A stretch of DNA of 64,000 bases. It comes from an uncultured virus (IMG/VR IMGVR_UViG_3300009111_000004). Its lineage: Duplodnaviria > Heunggongvirae > Uroviricota > Caudoviricetes. The notes under the pieces were generated by a model, which ran no database searches, was not told where the DNA came from, and was given only the letters and a program-made list of their open reading frames with translations. Below are positions 61,501 through 64,000 of this stretch, piece after piece. Numbering within the stretch: the first letter of the stretch is position 1; the number at the start of each line of letters is the position of its first letter. Position numbers and translations under genes: made by a program. The stretch lies in the IMG/VR virus record IMGVR_UViG_3300009111_000004, one strand, 5' to 3'.

Positions 61501-62072
61501 CGATTTCGTTGTTCTACCAAGAGTTTAATCAATTCTGCATCGTAAAGAGAACCCTCATAGCGGAAAACTCGTTCGTGTTTAAAATTAGTATTCCAACGTT
61601 GAGCTGGCATAATCACCAATCCGCGTTGACGAACGTTGAGCCAGGGCTTAATGTAGTCGGGCCAGTCATCTACTAAGATACGACCATAAACCTGAGATTT
61701 TAAATCGGTAGTAATTGTGACCTTAGCGTCTGGGATGTATTTGGCGGCCCATCGAACCTTTTGTTCCCAAGCCGAATAGTTATGTTTGGGGCCACGAGTT
61801 AGAATACTTAACCGAAATCCGACTTGACGTAGTAGATCAACAACGTGCATCCCATGAGAAAGAGGTTCTAGATTGAACCACCAGTCTGGTTGGGCTTTGA
61901 TGAGATCTCGTCTGGCTTTGATATGAGGGTACTTATGCTCATCTTCAGTATCTAATAGTGGTATTTCCCCCGGAGCCATGAGCTTGAGAAGATCTCGCTG
62001 CATAGCTTGGTCAAATTGTGCGGTGCTACCATCAATATCGATGAGTGCGACTGGCTTACGTTTAGTAGACAT
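61497..62072 (-). CDS. HAD-family 5'(3')-deoxyribonucleotidase-like protein
   Basis: IDIDG, LT, K..W, K, ILVDD, WN. Confidence 0.85.
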   Translation of the reverse strand: MSTKRKPVALIDIDGSTAQFDQAMQRDLLKLMAPGEIPLLDTEDEHKYPHIKARRDLIKAQPDWWFNLEPLSHGMHVVDLLRQVGFRLSILTRGPKHNYSAWEQKVRWAAKYIPDAKVTITTDLKSQVYGRILVDDWPDYIKPWLNVRQRGLVIMPAQRWNTNFKHERVFRYEGSLYDAELIKLLVEQRNR

Positions 62073-62131
62073 CTTAGTCCTAATTATTACGGATATACTT
62101 ACTTGGCGCAGGCTCCGCTCGCCCCTAAGAT

Positions 62132-62147
62132 TGCAAGTCGCGGGCCG
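62132..62147 (-). promoter_or_regulatory. sigma54-type promoter
   Basis: Intergenic CGGCCCG-CGAC-TTGCA; downstream leader resembles the one at 47611-47634. Confidence 0.65.
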
Positions 62148-62158
62148 GGCATTTTAAC

Positions 62159-62900
62159 TTAAGAACACAATTCACATGAATGTGTAATACGATCATCGAT
62201 AGTGGTGAAGACTTGACCAGACAGATCTACGCACTCTACTATATAATGTTCAACTTCTCTAATGACAAACTTGGTGCCTGGTTGGATTACTAGGCGTAAA
62301 TTACGATTCTGTGGATACACCAACAAGGAACCAGTAGGAATTACTTGCCAAATTTGACCTGGGGTCAATATCAATAGCACATCTTCCCATATTCAATAAG
62401 GGCACTTTTTGAAATCACAATCTCCCCTGTAATGTTAGGACATATGCATACTACCATTATTTTATTACTAGTAGTATCTTTGATAATTACCTTGTCTTCA
62501 TGGAGAAGTCGTATATCTAGAACAATCCAATTACTAGAATTGTACTTGCGACACAGCAATCGCACAGATACCCCATCTGGGTTAACGATCTTCCATACTT
62601 GACCAACAATGAGTTGGTCAGTATTCATTGGCTGACATGTAGCCATTCAATTATGGCTCGTTTTTCGTCTTCGACTTTCTTGAGATCAATTTCAAAATAA
62701 TCTGCTAGGAATGTCTCAATACTAATTGAGACTTCTTCTGGATCACCGCTACTATTAAGTTTGTAGATACAGTATCCTTTTTCACCCATGAGCCAATCTA
62801 AAAAGCCACCAATTACTTGGGATTCAAGCTTGATCGCTCTGAGCCTGTCTAGTTCTGGAGTCGCTGGATATCTTTCTTGTTTATTCATCATATTCCTCAA
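62159..62900 (-). CDS. Small proteins (62159-62380 and 62371-62646 GQIW/GQVW family; 62625-62900 hypothetical)
   Basis: PGQIWQ, VGQVWK motifs; overlapping ORFs. Confidence 0.55.
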
Positions 62901-63474
62901 TACCGGAATCTAGATTGCTGCAATCCTCCTCAGATTCTTCATCATGATCAATGATATAATCGATGCGAGCAGCAATAACTCGCCCCTGCTTATCCTTGAC
63001 TATATAACAATTATAACTACCGTCTCCAAAACCAGAACTAGATATGGTACCAAACTTAATTACTCCGCCTTGAACTTCTCCAAGAGTAAGATTGCTAACG
63101 GCAGTATAGAATTGTTGCTCATATCCATCATCACGTGGATTATCAGGGTAACAATCATTATCGAAAAACCCAGCTTGTCCAGAGTCTACTCCAACATCGA
63201 TCCCTGAGTCTTCACTGGCCATTTTGGCCATATCTATGTTTCCATTTTTATCGTGCCATACTAAAAGTTTATTAACCCGGATTCCCCAATATTTCTCATC
63301 CTTATATGAAATTGCAGCTTTCCAATCTCCCGGCAAAGCTGGTATTGTGCCTGAACAGTATACTGTCTTGTCATAACACGGATCGGTGACCCGTAATAGA
63401 TTAGCGGTTAGCTTAAATGTACCTAATATCTTAATAGTATGCATGGTATTCCTCATAGTAGGTATTATATCCAT
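62881..63474 (-). CDS. DUF4241-like protein
   Basis: VTDPCY, VGVDSGQAGFFD, SGFGDGSY. Confidence 0.7.
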   Translation of the reverse strand: MDIIPTMRNTMHTIKILGTFKLTANLLRVTDPCYDKTVYCSGTIPALPGDWKAAISYKDEKYWGIRVNKLLVWHDKNGNIDMAKMASEDSGIDVGVDSGQAGFFDNDCYPDNPRDDGYEQQFYTAVSNLTLGEVQGGVIKFGTISSSGFGDGSYNCYIVKDKQGRVIAARIDYIIDHDEESEEDCSNLDSGIEEYDE

Positions 63475-63500
63475 TGTAATCAGCTTGCTACGGAAACTAA

Positions 63501-63848
63501 TTAGGTAGATTGGTTAAGAATCGATGAAATATCACGTAGGTCTCCTAAGGTAATAGTATCCTGAGTCCCGACGAGAATTTCGGTATCATCTGGAGTCTCA
63601 TCGGAGACCCCACTCCAATCATGGAGTACTACAATTAGTCTACGGAGGAGTACTAAATGCGCATCTGTAATTTTAATATTAGTCATTTATTAGATAATGT
63701 GAATAACAATGGCGTGAGTGATACTGGGCCATAGTAATGTGAATAATATGAGCCCAATAAGCATTATTAACATTAGAATGCACACATTAAGTATTATTAG
63801 AATGCACACATTAAAAATGATAATAAAGACTTGACAAAATGCTTTCAT
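63501..63848 (-). CDS. Two small ORFs (63501-63686; 63690-63848, hydrophobic, not in track)
   Basis: Packed ORFs with TAATG overlap at 63848. Confidence 0.45.
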
Positions 63849-64000
63849 TAGATAATTTCAAAGTGCTCTTGTACTACAGCTAAAAGATGATTATAATCAT
63901 CTTCCATCATTTTGGATTTAAGAGCATTAATCTCATCCATAGCCCAACCAGCTTTGCGGGCAGCTTTAATACATTTACCAATAATGACGAACGCATTACC
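63848..64000 (-). CDS. 3' end of a conserved small phage protein (GNAF motif)
   Basis: GNAFVIIGKCIKAARKAGW...DYNHLL; truncated by window edge. Confidence 0.65.
   Translation of the reverse strand, partial: GNAFVIIGKCIKAARKAGWAMDEINALKSKMMEDDYNHLLAVVQEHFEII

Noticed and set aside
2207..63207. Numerous + strand ORFs in the track other than 41702-42595 (e.g. 57826-58395, 44296-44718), and nested alternate-frame minus ORFs
   Set aside because: They overlap well-supported minus-strand genes and show no recognisable motifs; treated as shadow ORFs
63772..63814. 19-bp direct repeat (two copies, 24-bp period)
   Set aside because: In-frame micro-duplication in a small hydrophobic ORF; not a CRISPR array
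1..64000. Stop-codon reassignment
   Set aside because: Core genes are full length in code 11 and TAA, TAG and TGA all end genes
1..64000. DatZ (HD dATPase), DpoZ, integrase/transposase, CRISPR arrays, rRNA/tRNA, inteins or introns
   Set aside because: No supporting motifs seen in this window; they may lie elsewhere in the genome

Overview
A 64-kb segment of a large (jumbo-type) tailed dsDNA phage genome. It is AT-rich, densely packed and almost entirely coded on the minus strand with frequent ATGA/TAATG gene overlaps; standard code 11 fits. Positions ~1-34 kb hold replication, recombination and nucleotide metabolism genes: SbcCD/gp46-47, ThyX, DnaE, a sigma factor, a DpnA-like methylase, dUTPase, an NMP kinase, a DnaG-DnaB fusion, an SF2 helicase, RuvC, RecA, SSB and NrdJ. 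Positions ~34-64 kb are an accessory region with RNA and DNA ligases, MoxR/VWA proteins, phosphoesterases and expanded families of small paralogs. Highlights: (1) a PurZ-type synthetase plus a phage-encoded PurB (missed by the ORF track, cut by the window edge), suggesting a self-contained 2-aminoadenine (Z) pathway in a DnaE-replicating phage; (2) a recurring GC-rich sigma54-type -24/-12 motif on the coding strand; (3) a phage-encoded trigger factor; (4) a GHKL ATPase-zincin fusion sharing a Zn-finger motif with two neighbouring genes. All calls come from motif recognition by eye; no database search was run.
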